Shown piece by piece: positions 23,701-36,753 of a stretch of 64,000 nt of DNA. Every line of letters begins with the position of its first letter. The stretch's first letter is position 1. Origin of the DNA: Bilabrum cf. latius. Lineage: Eukaryota. A program made the translations under genes and the position numbers. The notes under the pieces are model-generated. The model ran no database searches. It saw nothing but the letters and a program-made list of their open reading frames with translations, and was not told the origin of the DNA. The DNA is taken from contig OZ237749.1 of the NCBI GenBank assembly GCA_965178125.1, forward strand, positions 310,001 to 374,000. Reading direction: 5' to 3'.

Positions 23701-24309
23701 AGCAGCAGTGTGGACGGTTGCAACCGCTCCACGAGTTCGTCACCCTCCACCGTGCAGCTGCCCATCGACGGGAGCATGCGCCGATTGGGCGCCGTCCGTG
23801 GATCCGGAGCCGGGTCTACGCAGGGGTGGCTGAGCGACTGCTCCGAGGCGAGCGAGTGTGACGAGTGCGACTCGCTGCCTCGTTCTCCGCGGAGGGCTGA
23901 GGAGGAGGAGCAGCAGCAAGACGGGCGTCGGCAGCCTGCGATGGCGGAGGACGTCAGAGGTGCGGGTCATAATCAGGATGAGGAGGAGGCCACGACGCCG
24001 ATCGCCGCGATTCCTGCGGGCAAGTACGGCGAAGCAGCGCAGATGCAGATGCCGTTCAGAAGCTCGTTCGGGGGGCAGCTGCTGCCCAGTCGAAGTGTGT
24101 CGAGATTCGCGTCGTTCGGCGGAGGCTGGGAGGACTACTGCCAGTAGGACATGCAGGATGAAGGCGCGGCAGGTATGCCTCCCGCAGAGGCCTTAGCCAG
24201 GCTGTCCTCATTGCAAGCGTGTGGGATGCGGCGCGACTACAGTAGTGGGAGCTTTAGCAGCGTGCTGAGTGGCGGCATGAAGCCTCGCTCTAGATTCAGC
24301 TTTGATTGA
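20764..24309 (+). CDS. Large low-complexity hypothetical protein; probable intron 21496-21645
   Basis: Phase-0 GT..AG intron with a pyrimidine tract links the 20764 frame to track ORF 21700-24147. Continues over TAG to TGA 24309. Confidence 0.6.
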
Positions 24310-24464
24310 AACGGTTGGCATGAAGCCTCTCGCTCTAGATTCAACTTTGATTGAAACGGTTGCCAGCAGTGGCATTGACACGACCCTTCTCACCGACATC
24401 AAAGTCATAGATGCAAGCGATCCTCCCCAGAGAGTACATGCCACACATAAACTCAGCGTCCACG

Positions 24465-25670
24465 TCATCCCAGATGCACCGCAGTCACGTGTGTCTTGAG
24501 ATTGCTTGCCCGCCCGAAGCTCTTCCCGCACACGCTGCACTCGTGCTTGCGCTCCCCCAGATGCACTACGGACATGTGCGTCTTCAGATTGTCTGCCCGC
24601 CCGAAGCTCTTCCCGCACACGCTGCACTCGTGCTTGCGCTCCCCACCATGCACTACGTACAAGTGCGTCTTCAGATTGCTTGCCCGCCCGAAGCTCTTCC
24701 CGCACACGCTGCACTCGTGCTTGCGCTCCCCCAGATGCACTACGGACATGTGCGTCTTCAGATTGTCTGCCCGCCCGAAGCTCTTCCCGCACACGCTGCA
24801 CTCGTGCTTGCGCTCCCCCAGATGCACTACGGACATGTGCGTCTTGAGATGGCCTGCCTGCCCGAAGCTCTTCCCGCACACGCTGCACTCGTGCTTGCGC
24901 TCCCCCAGATGCACTACGGACATGTGAGTCTTGAGATTGCCTGCCTGCCCGAAGCTCTTCCCGCACACGCTGCACTCGTGCTTGCGCTCCCCACCATGCA
25001 TTACGTACAAGTGCGTCTTCAGATTGTCTGCCCGCCCGAAGCTCTTCCCGCACACGCTGCACTCGTGCTTGCGCTCCCCCAGATGCACTACGGACATGTG
25101 AGTCTTCAGATTGTCTGCCCGCCCGAAGCTCTTCCCGCACACGCTGCACTCGTGCTTGCGCTCCCCCAGATGCACTACGGACATGTGAGTCTTGAGATGA
25201 CCTGCCCGCCCGAAGCTCTTCCCGCACACGCTGCACTCGTGCTTGCGCTCCCCCAGATGCACCACGGACATGTGAGTCTTGAGATTGCTTGCCCGCCCGA
25301 AGCTCTTCCCGCACACGCTGCACTCATGCATCTTTTTCCCAGCGCCCGCCGCTGCCTCTGCTCGCCTCCTCTTCTTGTCACTTCCACCCGATGGAGGACT
25401 GTCTGTACTCCTGCTGCGTTTCTACCCAGTCTATGAACATGCTTGGTCCTTCACTCCTTCGGCTCGCAGCTGCAGCAGAACTGGTCGTTGCGATTGGGCT
25501 CGATCCCGTTTAGCGCTTAGCTTGCTTCGAGGACGACTCGCAAATACACTACTAGATGAGGAAAAAACCGAGCCGTTACCCACATCGTGCCAGTCTTCAT
25601 CGCTGTCCCCACTCTCATTGCTGTCGCTGAGAAGATCGATCACATCGGAATCCGGCGATGCTTGCGCCAT
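24465..25670 (-). CDS. C2H2 zinc-finger protein with 10 near-identical fingers
   Basis: Ten HECSVCGKSFGxAxxLKTHxxxxHxGERK units (87 bp). The N-terminal region (VIDLL, acidic stretch, KKRRR) joins over two TAGs; TGA stop. Confidence 0.9.
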
Positions 25671-26115
25671 CACTGCAGTCAATGCTTGCACTTATTACTG
25701 TGACAGATGTATTGGATCGGTACGGACCAGCCAAGTACTCAAACGGATACGCCTGAAGGGGGTTGCGAGTTTGCGCTCTCTAAGCGCCTTGAATGTATCA
25801 CCGAGCCAAGCTGCTTGGAACGAGCCCAACCAACCAATTAATAATTCTTGCCGAACCCCACAGGTTCTTTGCGGAGTCCTGTTCAGCTCTAGAGAAAGAG
25901 AAGTACGTATCGACGATTCTCTTCTTCTTCACGAATACTCAGCTCGCAAGTAAACAAGATTCCAATCGTATCCTATCACCGTGGTACGCTATAACTTACC
26001 CACGCGCCACACGGTAATGCCAGGCTCGCAAAGCCCCGCATCAGTCAGGCGCCTCGTTTGATATCCCCATGCTGCCATCTTGCACACCACCACCAGCGTG
26101 CTCGCCAACCCCGCC

Positions 26116-28242
26116 TTAAGATACAGACCCATTTCCCCCTTCGATGGTGACCCGGGCCATGTCCTCCCTCTCATTGCCCTCCTCATGCTCCCCTACAATA
26201 AGCCCGTGATCCCCAGAGGCCAGCACCGCACCACCGCGGGCCTACTTCCGGTTTGGATCATCACATTCCCTCAAATCTGCAGCTGCTCTACGGGGCCCTG
26301 TTCCCCGGCCCTGGACCTCCCCCTATCCCGGCACAGCCCCTGAGCCTGCCATATCAGCACCTCGTGATGCATGCTCACCTGCGCCATATCCACTGTGTCC
26401 GGCGGCTCCTGCCCCCGCCCCCAATGCGTCGCCATCGTCACACTGGTCCGCACGGCGCGCAAATGCCAATGCCGATGAATCGGCGGTGCCCCGAGACCTG
26501 ATAGGCCGGTGCAGCCTGCCAGCGTCATAGTTGCCGTCATGGCCCCCCTGCTGCTTCTCATCGTCCTCGGCAGCCTCCCACGACAGGCTGTGGGGCGGAG
26601 AGGCATCGGTGCCGGGCGCTCGAATCGACCTAGGACGAGACATGTCCCCACCATGGCCACTGGAATCGGAGCCATCGCCGAGGTGTTGTTGTTCTCTGTC
26701 CCCCAAAGGATCCTCTTCTTCAGCTCGACCCTTGCGAGACTTGCCCTCACCAGCACCAGCACCAGCACCAGCACCAGCACCAGCACCAGCACCAGCACCT
26801 GCACCTGCACCTGCACCTGCACCTGCACCTACGCCCTTTAGGGGTGCAAAGCTCCCTGTCATCTCCTTCGACCCGCTGCCTGCGGAACTACGGCGCCGCG
26901 CATTCCCGCCCGACGGAGCGGTGCCGTAGGCCATCGCACCTGCGACTGCCAGCACCCCGACTGCCGCACCGCTGTTGGTCCACAGTGGGTACGACTGAAG
27001 CATGGTCGCACCTAGGTCCGAACCCGTCATGCTCGGTCCCGCCCCTGCCCCTGCCGCAGTGGCAGATGCAGCGTCCTCCGAATCGCCAGCCTCGCCTGCA
27101 CCCTCAGCCTGCCCGTCTCCTCCTCCCGCACCGTCCCCGGCCCCAGAGCCAGAGCCAGAGTCACCCCCGAACACCCCGCCGAGCGACTGGAACATACCCA
27201 TGCCCAGCACCAGCAGCGACAGCATCACAAGGAACAGCTGGGCCCTGGACTGTGCCAGCGCTCTGCCCTCGTCCACGCCGGCAGCGGCCAAGGAACCTTC
27301 ACGAACCTCGTCCTCCAGTCTATGTTTCTGGGATGCTCTCGCCCCTCTCTCTTGCCGCGGTGAGGGGAGGGGAAGCGGCATGGGTGTCGCAGCCGCCTGC
27401 TCCATTTCGTCCTCGAGCAAGTGCTCCTGCTCCTCTTCCCGCTCCTCTTCTATGCAGGCCTCCAGCAGCAGCTGCAGGGAGTCGTCCTCCGCGCGAGCTG
27501 CCCGCGGTGGGGCCTCTCTGGCATGTGCACCGGACCCGTGGCCCCAGTGCGCAACGGCTTCCCCCTCCCCTTCACCTTCCCCCTCTTCACCTTCCTCGCC
27601 GCTGCTCCTGGCAGCGCCACCATCTTCATCTTCATCGCAGCGCTCCTCCTCGAACAGCTCGATTCCACCGCCGATACCACCGGCATGGGCGCCGCTTGAC
27701 GTTCCGGCCCCGCGATGGGAGGCGCGCAGCTCGGCGGCCCGCTGCCTGGATTCGCGAGCAGCCCGAGCAGTGAGCATCTCTGGGGCATCCGCGGCGTGCT
27801 CGTTCGTCTGCTCGCCGTACATGTCTGTCAGGCTTCTGGCTGCAGCGGCGTGGTCTCGACCGGTCCGGACCTCCTGCTCGGTGCGGATTGCTCCGTCCAC
27901 CCAGCCGTCAAGCTCGCGATCCTCTACAAACTGTATCCGAACTCGAGGCCTGGGCGGATCAGCATCCTGTCCGTCCTACTCTTCGACCAACACGCCGGCT
28001 GCCTACCTGTTTCGAAGGACGGCACGACGTCTGTACGACCTAGCGAAGGGCGTCCCTTGCACAACCACCAGTCCGAGGCCCATCACTGCAGCTGACACTG
28101 CCCAAGGCTGCCGAATAGTGCTACCCGGCACTACAGCTAGTTGCGTAAGCCATCGGACAATTCGGGTGGACAAATTTTGCTCCCCGGGTGGTTGTGCTTG
28201 GCCGGATTCCCTCGGTTGCGATCGGTCTGCGCTAGGATCCAT
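26116..28242 (-). CDS. Low-complexity Gly/Ala/Glu-rich membrane protein
   Basis: Track ORFs 28003-28242 and 26323-27900 are in frame over TAGs; ends at TAA 26116; two hydrophobic segments. Confidence 0.6.
26748..26830. repeat. Hexanucleotide microsatellite (CACCAG)n(CACCTG)n encoding a Gly-Ala tract
   Basis: Directly visible in the sequence. Confidence 0.9.
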
Positions 28243-28466
28243 CTCTTGACCCCAGATTCAACTACCAAGCCTCAAAGTATGCCCCATATAAGGGAACATA
28301 TGTGTTCACTGTAAGGTAATCGATTACTTCAATGAAATACAAACTATAGTGCTACAAAGCAGCAGATTTGTAGGTCGGTACAATCAAACGTAGGGAACTC
28401 GAATCGAACGTTCGTAATTGGATCCACGCCTCGATCTACAACACGGCTTGTTTAGCCTCCCGAATC

Positions 28467-31223
28467 ATGATATTATCCTACTTGCCTGTGCTTTTCGTTG
28501 CGTGCCTTTTGAGCGTTCAATTCAACCCGGCGTCTGGATTCGAAAGCGTGGGTATTGGCGGGGGAGGCTACATTGATGGGTTGCTCGTCCCTCCTGCTTA
28601 TGTCCATGGGGGGCCAAATATGTACATCAGAACTGACGTGGGTGGCATGTACAGACTGCAAAATACATCTTCCGACCTATAGTGGGTGCCTCTGTCTGAT
28701 TCCTTCGGTTTTGAGAGCAGAAATCTGTATGGGAATCCGTCGTTTGCAGTGTCAGGATCTCAAGCGAACACGGTGTACAGGGCATCTGGGGGCTATGCAG
28801 ACGAAGGCAATGGGGTTTTGTTCTAGTCTCTTGATGCAGGAGACTCCTGGCTGCAGATCACCCCGACTGACTGGGCTGTTCCGATGTGCGGCAACTCTGC
28901 AGACATGCGTGGGTCTGGTGAGCGGCTCGTCGTGAACCAGGCCAATGACAGCATCGTACTATTTGCATCTTTCTTTGACGGCCTACAGAAAGGCATTGAA
29001 ACCTCTAAGAATGGGTGGACCTGGCGCCAGATCTCGTGCGGTTCGTTTCCATGCGCCGGCAGCGGGCGCCCCGTCCCTGGCATTGCAGACACAAACGAGT
29101 GCGATGCCGGCGCTGACATGAGCGCTCCTGCTCCCTATGGGGCCCCTGTCATGTATGCCTTTCCCCCTGATTCAATTCTCGGCGAAGGATCCTCGAACGT
29201 TCTCGTGGCCTGCGTATGGAACCGCAGCTGCCTACACTCTGTAGACTTCGGCGACACCTGGAGCACGTTCCCGCAGATCGATCTGAAATCGAACGAATTC
29301 ATCCACTCGGAGCCGTACAGCACCTCGTCGGACTTTTAGAACAAGTGGATGGGCCAGCAGACTGGGCCTCGCATCGTGAATCGCATGTCGCTGGATCTTA
29401 GCAATGGCAGGCTATGGGCAGCAGCGGAGGATGGCATCTACTACACGCAGTACAGCAGCGGCAAGTATCCCAAACGTTTGAATTCAAGCAGTTTTAGTGA
29501 CGAAGTGGGCGTGTTCCAGCCCTGGGTGAACGCCTCTGCGACCGCCCAGGGACTCGCGCCTGTGCCAGGCCTCAGGTGGCACTCGATCGACGTGAGGCAG
29601 GGGACGGGTGACATGGTCGCAATCACGCGCAGGAGTACGTTTGCGGTAGCTACGAGCCGGGACGGCGGCATTTCGTGGAATACCACGTTTTGCAAGGACT
29701 AGACATCTCTGTCCCCCCAGCCGTGGGACCAGAGATCCGGTAACCTCACGGGTGTCTGCTCTGCCTCGTCTGCCACCGTGTGGGTGCCGGATGGTGCAGG
29801 GTCGGGGCGCGCTGGCAGCCGACCTGCGCCTGGCTCGAGTGCAGCCGTAACTTAGAGTGCAACGACGCCGAGCTAGGCTTCGCTTCAGCTGCAGCAGACC
29901 TATGACTCTGGGCTTGTGGCAACAGGCAACGAGTTCTCGACTTGGTTCACGACAGGCGTGTTCAGTCCCAGACCAGTGTGGTGGACCGAGGTGAAGAATG
30001 AGGAGGAGACCTTTGTGATGTCGATCCATTCTCCAGCGTCTGGCCCTGTCCTGCTGCTCGGCACTGCGGACCTGGGCGGTTTCATCCATTACAACTACAC
30101 CACTGAGCACGAGAGGGTGGAGGGGAGCGCGCTCCGATCGTTCCCTCAATTCTCGTTCTGGGACTACACAAAGACCAACAGCTCATATGTCGGTGAGGGC
30201 CTTGGCTGGGCCAGCACCCTCAAGAAATCGAGCAGCGGCGAGTTTCCTGAGGCGATCGTCCGCGTGTCTGCAGTACCGGTGAAACCAAAGCGGACTGGCA
30301 TGGTGGCAGTTTCGACTGATGGCGGCTTCAGCTGGGACTTCCGGTCGAGTGCAGACCTGCAGCTCATCGATGTGGCGGTGGCACCCGGCGATGGCAACAT
30401 CATCGTCGTGGAGCAGGCACTCGGCTACCCGATGCGATCTATCGACGGCGGCCACACGTGGAACTCCCTCTCTGACTTGCTCCCTTACAACAGCTACCAG
30501 CGGTTCTCGGGTAACCGATACAATTAGAGCAGGCAGCTCACAGTGCTTCCCACTCTGCGCAGTTCCAAAGCAGCTTTCGTCCACGTCGACTGCAAGACTG
30601 GCACGATTCGGCTATCCAACGACGGTGCAGCGAAGGACTGGTCTGTGGTAGAGCAGGACAATTCGAAGCAAGCGCTTCCGCAGAGCGGCAGGTGCCAGGT
30701 AGTTGCAGTGGATCAACCCTCTGCTTGGTCAGTGGATGCTGCGTCAGGTGGTCTACGTGGCCGAGATGATGCGACCACCGGCCTCCTGTTTGTAGCCGCT
30801 GGCGACCGGGGCTTGTTTCGGGTTGAGTTGAGCGTACCTGCTGCCGGTAGTGGTGCTCCAACAGGGCTTGTGTCGCGAATCGATGCGTTTGAAGACGCGC
30901 ACTCGATTGGCTGGGGGCTGTGCAAGGGGTGCGTAACAGGGAAAAATGACATTTCGCTGTTCGTGCACGGCAAACAAAGCTAGCTCTAGGCTTCAACCGG
31001 TCCTAGCAATGCCAATCGTGGGCCTCAGGACGTGCATTACTTCGTTTATGCTTCGGCTGACCTTGGATCTTCATGGATACAGGCATCCAGCAGCAATCTT
31101 GCACTCGGCAACTATCCAACTACACTCTCTGGCAGCCTGCAGTACCCAGGGCTGGTTGCCATCGGGTCGATGGGTCGGGGCGCCTTCTTCGACATCGTCG
31201 ACTTCAACAAATTGAAGGCTTGA
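28467..31223 (+). CDS. Secreted GH74 xyloglucanase-like BNR-repeat glycoside hydrolase (918 aa)
   Basis: Six track ORFs in one frame separated by nine TAGs. Signal peptide, GGGGYIDGL, YIRTDVGGMY, RGSGERL, TADLGGF, SxDGGxxW repeats; TGA stop. Confidence 0.85.
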
Positions 31224-31561
31224 AGATGGGCCGCTTGAGCAGTCCAAAATTGGATTCGTGCTTGCTGGAGCATGGTACTATGGCCGTGTGCCTGGCACAG
31301 CTTGAGCTTGGAATCAACTGACTAGCGACGCGGCAGATTTTCGGTGGCTGTTTGGGTGGTATCCCATTGCTTTCTGTAATCAGAGATCATTCGTTGACGT
31401 AGTATCGTATCATTGCAATCACCTGGCAGTTGCGCAGTGCGGAGCAGGTTTCCATGCTCCAAAAGCGCATTTCAAGATTTGCAGTAGCCTAGGACGCAAG
31501 CATAGCAGGTGCTAGTTGATATCCTGCAGATCCCCATATTATCACAAAGGGTCTAGCTTTC

Positions 31562-34500
31562 TCACCCAAGCCGTATGGTTTGCTACTGCGGCTGCTGTAC
31601 GCCGCCTCGGCTGGGCGAAATTCGGATCACGTTCCCGTTTGCCAGCTGCACCACCTGGTCGGCGCCCCTGTAGGCGGCGCCACCGGACGCTTGATACCGT
31701 CCTTTCACGCCCTGTGCAGCTTGCTGCTGCTGCAAAGGGGCGCCTCTAGGCCGGTGGCCCGTGTTTCCAGCAGTTGGAGTACCTGTCGCGAAGGCTCCGC
31801 GAACCTGCACCATGGGCGAGGCCTGTGAGAAGTCCAGTCGAGCTTCAAAGGAGTCCTCAGCAGCTTCGTGCATCACTGGAAGGACGGGAGTTCTGCCTGA
31901 TGCGCGCTGCTAGCGGGGCGCGGGCGACCCAGTGGGGTATCCAGGCCGCTGGGGAGTCCCATGTTTCGAGTAATCTTGGCGTCCCATTCCATGACCACCG
32001 ATCTGCTGCTGCTGCTGCTGCTGCAGGCGCTGCTGTCGCTGGTCAAAATGCTAGCGGTCGGCAGCTCCGCGGCCTTGGCCTTCCCATACCGGCTGTCCTC
32101 CCCGATACGGCCCGTCGGGTCCCGCTCCAACGTCCACCGCCACTGACTCTGCACTGTGCCCACCGCCAGCGCCGTACCCAACGTTTGCCAATGAAGCTTG
32201 CTCAAGCCTGGACTCGGCAATGGCCTGCCTCATAGCGGTCTGCGCCTTGCTGTCGGACTAGCCCTCCCCCATAGTCGAAGACATCCCGTCCGATCTCTTG
32301 GGCAACACGCTGTAGAAGTCCTACAGGAGCTCTGGATCCTTGATCGTAGACGACACGTCGTATCCGAATTTGCGGCTGTAGACCACGGACTCGTCCAAGC
32401 AATAAGACAGCTCGTGCGTTTCCTGCATGATCTTTGCATCTGACTCGTCGTCTTCGACGAACATGCCTTCCACCTTCTCCCCATCCACCTCGGTCGAGAT
32501 GAATGAAACAGTGCTTCGTTTCCGACTCTCTACCCTTTTCTTGGTCACGACCTCCAGGGCCCGGCGAGCGTCCTCCCTTGCTTCGTCCAGGTCTGCTTGC
32601 ACAGCAGCAATATCCCTGTCTACGTGCTCCAGATCTTCGTGCATGTGTTGGAGGGTGGCAGCACCCCCAAACCCGGCGCGCTGCTCGGTCTGCATATACG
32701 CCTCGATCTGGTACCGGATGTTGGCTTGCATCTCGATTCGGCTGGTATGGTCCATTTCCAAGGACTGTGCGATTGCTTGCTTGTGGTTCATGGTTTGAAC
32801 TGCCTGCGCAAGGGTCAGGCTCTTCTCCTCCACTGCCTTGGTGCGGCGCTGCAGGGCGGCAATGAGCTTGTGCCGCATGTGGGCCCGCGGGACCTTTTCC
32901 GCCTTTGGGCCCACGTACGACAAAATGGTAGAGAGTGGGAGAGCATCGAAGTAGTTGAGCAGGTACTCTGGCTCGTACTGCTGCGAGCAGTCCTTGCCCG
33001 TGCAGCACTTTGCTAGGCCGTTGCAGCACCGTGTGATCACTGCATACAGCGTGAAGCGCAGCACCATGTACAGCAGAATCAGGAAAGCCAAGCTAACGAG
33101 CGGCACGACGTGAGTGCGCCAGAGCCTCTGTGATAGCTGCACGCCCTGGATCGTGATTCCAGCCAGCACCGACTCTGCCTCGGCACCGGCCGACTCGCTG
33201 CTCGCGGATTGCTCCACCAGCTTGCCGATAGCGTCAGTCGGCTGCACCTCTGGAAAGATGTCGTACTGAGAAAACATCCACGCGGATACTAGCAGGTGCA
33301 GAACAACTGCGTACGGTATGATTCGGCTCATGGACACCGCAACGCGGTTATCGTACTGGGGCGGAGTCTTGTAGACTCGCGTGAACATGTAAAGCTGCAT
33401 CACGTAGCAGATTCCCATAAAAATCATTGCCACTGGCATGAGCAGGGGCAAGCCCCCGCCAAAGATGAAGCACACGAACGTCGTGTTCATCGCAATAGCG
33501 TACAGCTCGTCCAGCCGCATCTTGGGCCCCATCTGCAGGTTTTCGTAGTCAACTTGCGAGGCCGATAGAGACACGCTGCGGTCACAGGAGCAGTCCCTAT
33601 CCTGGCACCGGACGAACCACCGTATGAACAGGTCGCGGATGTGGGGCACTTGAGCAGCGATGATGTTGAGGATCATGGTCAGCATGATCGAAGTGCCGAC
33701 CTCCCTGTACCAGCCCCCGGTGAAGTCACCGTACTACCCGATGGCAACCCGCCGCAGTGCCCCACTGTCGATCTATGCATTCAGCAGCACCGTGATGATT
33801 CCTGTGTTGATGAACTGGGCCACAAACAGGAACACGGTCCGGTTGTGTATTTCCTCAGTCTGTGTGGGAAGCTCCATCAGCCGCACCATGAAGTGGACGA
33901 AGAAAATCATGCCCGCATTGATGGTCACGATCAGGATGGATCCGCCGTAGGTCAGCCCAGTCACCGTCGCAAAGCTGCTCAGCCAATCCTTGCAGGTGTA
34001 CTTGTAGGTCCAGTCGTCGGGAAGGGGGTTACCGGACTCCTTCGCCGAATTGCCCGCTGATCCACCGGTGGTTTGGGACGTGGACATGTTGAACACAAGG
34101 CTCTGGTACCGCGTGGCGGCCCAGCTGCTGCCCGGCACGGGGAACGGCTCTTCATTGACATCTTTGACCTGAGTGGTGCTGTTCAGGAGCAGCTCAAAGC
34201 AGTAGCATCCCATCCGCCCTGACCGCCCGGTCCTTTGGCCGAACACGTCGTAGTACTCGTCCTTGATGGCAAGAATCTTGCTGCTGGAATCGGGCATGGT
34301 GCTGCAGTCCACGTTTGGAAACTCGGCGAGTGCGTTTTGCTTGGCGATTTCGATCCCGAGGATGGCACCTCCCGCCCCGATGACAGCGAACACGAACAGC
34401 AAGAACACGATCATGTTGATCAGCAGCGCCCCGCAGCTGCTCTGCGACTGCTGGTGCTCCCAGATGGCGTCCGAGGGCTCCTCAGCTCGGCGGCAGCGCA

Positions 34501-36601
34501 ACGGCGAGTAGACTTGGCGGCCGTCTGCCACCGTGCTCATCCATGATTCCTTGTCGCTGCAGCACAGGGTGTAGGCGTACGAGTCGGGGAAGAACTCGAG
34601 CGCCCTCAGAGCACCTTCCTCCTCCTCGAAGGTCACGTAGGCCCTGGTGGCGAACGACGATCTCTTGGCACCGTCCTGCAGGGACTGGATGTACTTGCGC
34701 CTCCGAGCCATGTCGTTGCGAAGCAGCTCGATCTTTGCTGCGATCATGTCTGTTTGCTTGTAGCACCAACCACCAAAGTACCCGCCGCACGCGCTCACCG
34801 GACAGTAGTAGTAGCCGAGATCGCCGCGGATATCTTGGGCCAGCGGAGACTGCCGGAGGTCTTTCCACTCCAAGCCAAGGGCGGTAAGCTCTGCAACGTA
34901 CTTTTGCAGCTTTTGAGCGGCCTTGCCCTGCTCCACCTTGACCGCCGTCAGGGTCTGGTCGTCAACCCCAAAATTGATGTCAGCGATCTCGACCCTGTCA
35001 TTGGGCACGTCAGTGTACACGGGCGGGCAAATGGATAAATACTCCTGTATGTGAGACTTGAGCCGCTTCTCGAGCTCTGGGATGGAGTCGTGCGGGGGCA
35101 GGTTCTCGATCACGACCGTGTAGTCGGCCGGCGTGGCCTGGGTGTAGAACATCTAAAAGGCGGTCTCGTTCGAGACCAGGGTGTACGACGCGTAGAGCAT
35201 CAGCAGGCAGACGAAGAAGTCAAAGAGCGACAGAGTCAGCGCGGCGTTGGTCCGGCTGACCTCTCCGTAGCCCGCGATGTCGAGATCCTCTGCGGCACAC
35301 CACGTCGCCAGGGCGAGCTTGTGCGAGGACGTGTCGCAGGACTGGCCGCTTGACGTGCCCAGTCCCATGTCGTTAAGCACAGTGTGTAGCGTCGTTGCGC
35401 AGATGCCCTGCACGTCAACGTCCAGTTCTTGCCTCCGCTGTGGGTTCTGCAGCGCCCACTGCCTTCCCAGCTGTCTCTAGTCCTCGGTGCAGTAGTCTGA
35501 ATCTGCGGCAGCTTCGGCGGGATCCATGCCCTCTTCATCCACCAGGCTCACAAAGGTCAGATCGATGAACGGCTGCGTCGTGTATCGTGCAGTTGAAACG
35601 GCGCATTCGTCTGTACCGATGCAGACCCTAGAGGCGATGTATTGCATGGCAGCCGAGTAATCGCACTCGCTCGCTCCCGGTACCACGCGGATATCAAGAG
35701 AGCTGAAATCGGGCTGGTTGGTGGAATCCAGCTTAGGCGCGCAGCACGGTGAGACGGACACCGTACTCCCACTGGGAAAATTTGCTCGGCGGTCTTGCTC
35801 GTAGAAGCAGTATTCGCCACTTGTGCAGGTCGTGCTGCCTCGCGGGATGATGTCTGGGCACTCGAACCCGTGTGGCACCTGGCTCGCAGGGCATTCGCAC
35901 GATCCCTACAGGTTGGCGTAGTATGTTTCAACTCTTGACACCTTGGTGCCTGCGGGACAGCTCGCTTCCAGCGTCGCATCGGAGCTCTCCGACAGCGAGC
36001 AGGCCGACGCAGCCTCACCCAGGTTGGCAGGCGTGAATCGCCACAGGCCATCCACCGCTGACTCAGCTTTCACATCATCCCAATCTGTACTCGCAGAGTA
36101 TATCAATGCGGAGGGGATACTTAGAACGCTGAGACCCAAAAACAAGAAGAACATGCAAGAAAGGTATCTGAACCACAAAACCACCCCGCTGCCGTACCCG
36201 CCGAATTCGCTTGGAATCTCGCCGCCCCCTGAGCCAGCGTCATCTTCAGAGCAGCTGCACTTGCCTCCACAGCAGCAGCAGAACTTGTGCATGCCCACTT
36301 TTGCGCAGCAGTTATGGTGAATGAGCAGCTCGCGCCCCTGCGCGTCTCGCAGCACCTTTCTTGGATGCGTTTTCTTCAGTTCCTTCCTAGTCTGCGGATA
36401 GAATAATATTTAGTGCATGAATAACACGTTTCACATGCTTCAGGTTGCAGAACCACAGAATATGAGGGCTCTCACTTTTGCCGAACTAATGTGGCATGCA
36501 TCCACTCCTGGCAAGTGAATATCAAGCTTGTACGACTACGCCCTGGGCAAAGCATTGCCTCTGCGCCTGCGATGCGAAGGTGCGCTTGCAGGTTCATGCA
36601 T
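31562..36601 (-). CDS. TMC/OSCA/anoctamin-superfamily multi-pass channel protein; probable intron 36392-36475
   Basis: Seven track ORFs share one frame. Motifs TPADYTV, RAYVTF, AEEPSDAIWE, GDFTGGWYREVG, YKTPPQYD; TGA stop. Confidence 0.82.
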
Positions 36602-36753
36602 TTCTGAGCCACGCTGGCTGCAAGAAGGTGAAGCGAGCTCGTCGTGTTTCCTGGAATTCGACCTGTAACGTGCGAATATCGCCGCGCAAATTTGGTTCCG
36701 TAAATCGAGCCGGCTCGACTAAAAAAAGTTAGCATTGCGATTACTGACCATAA

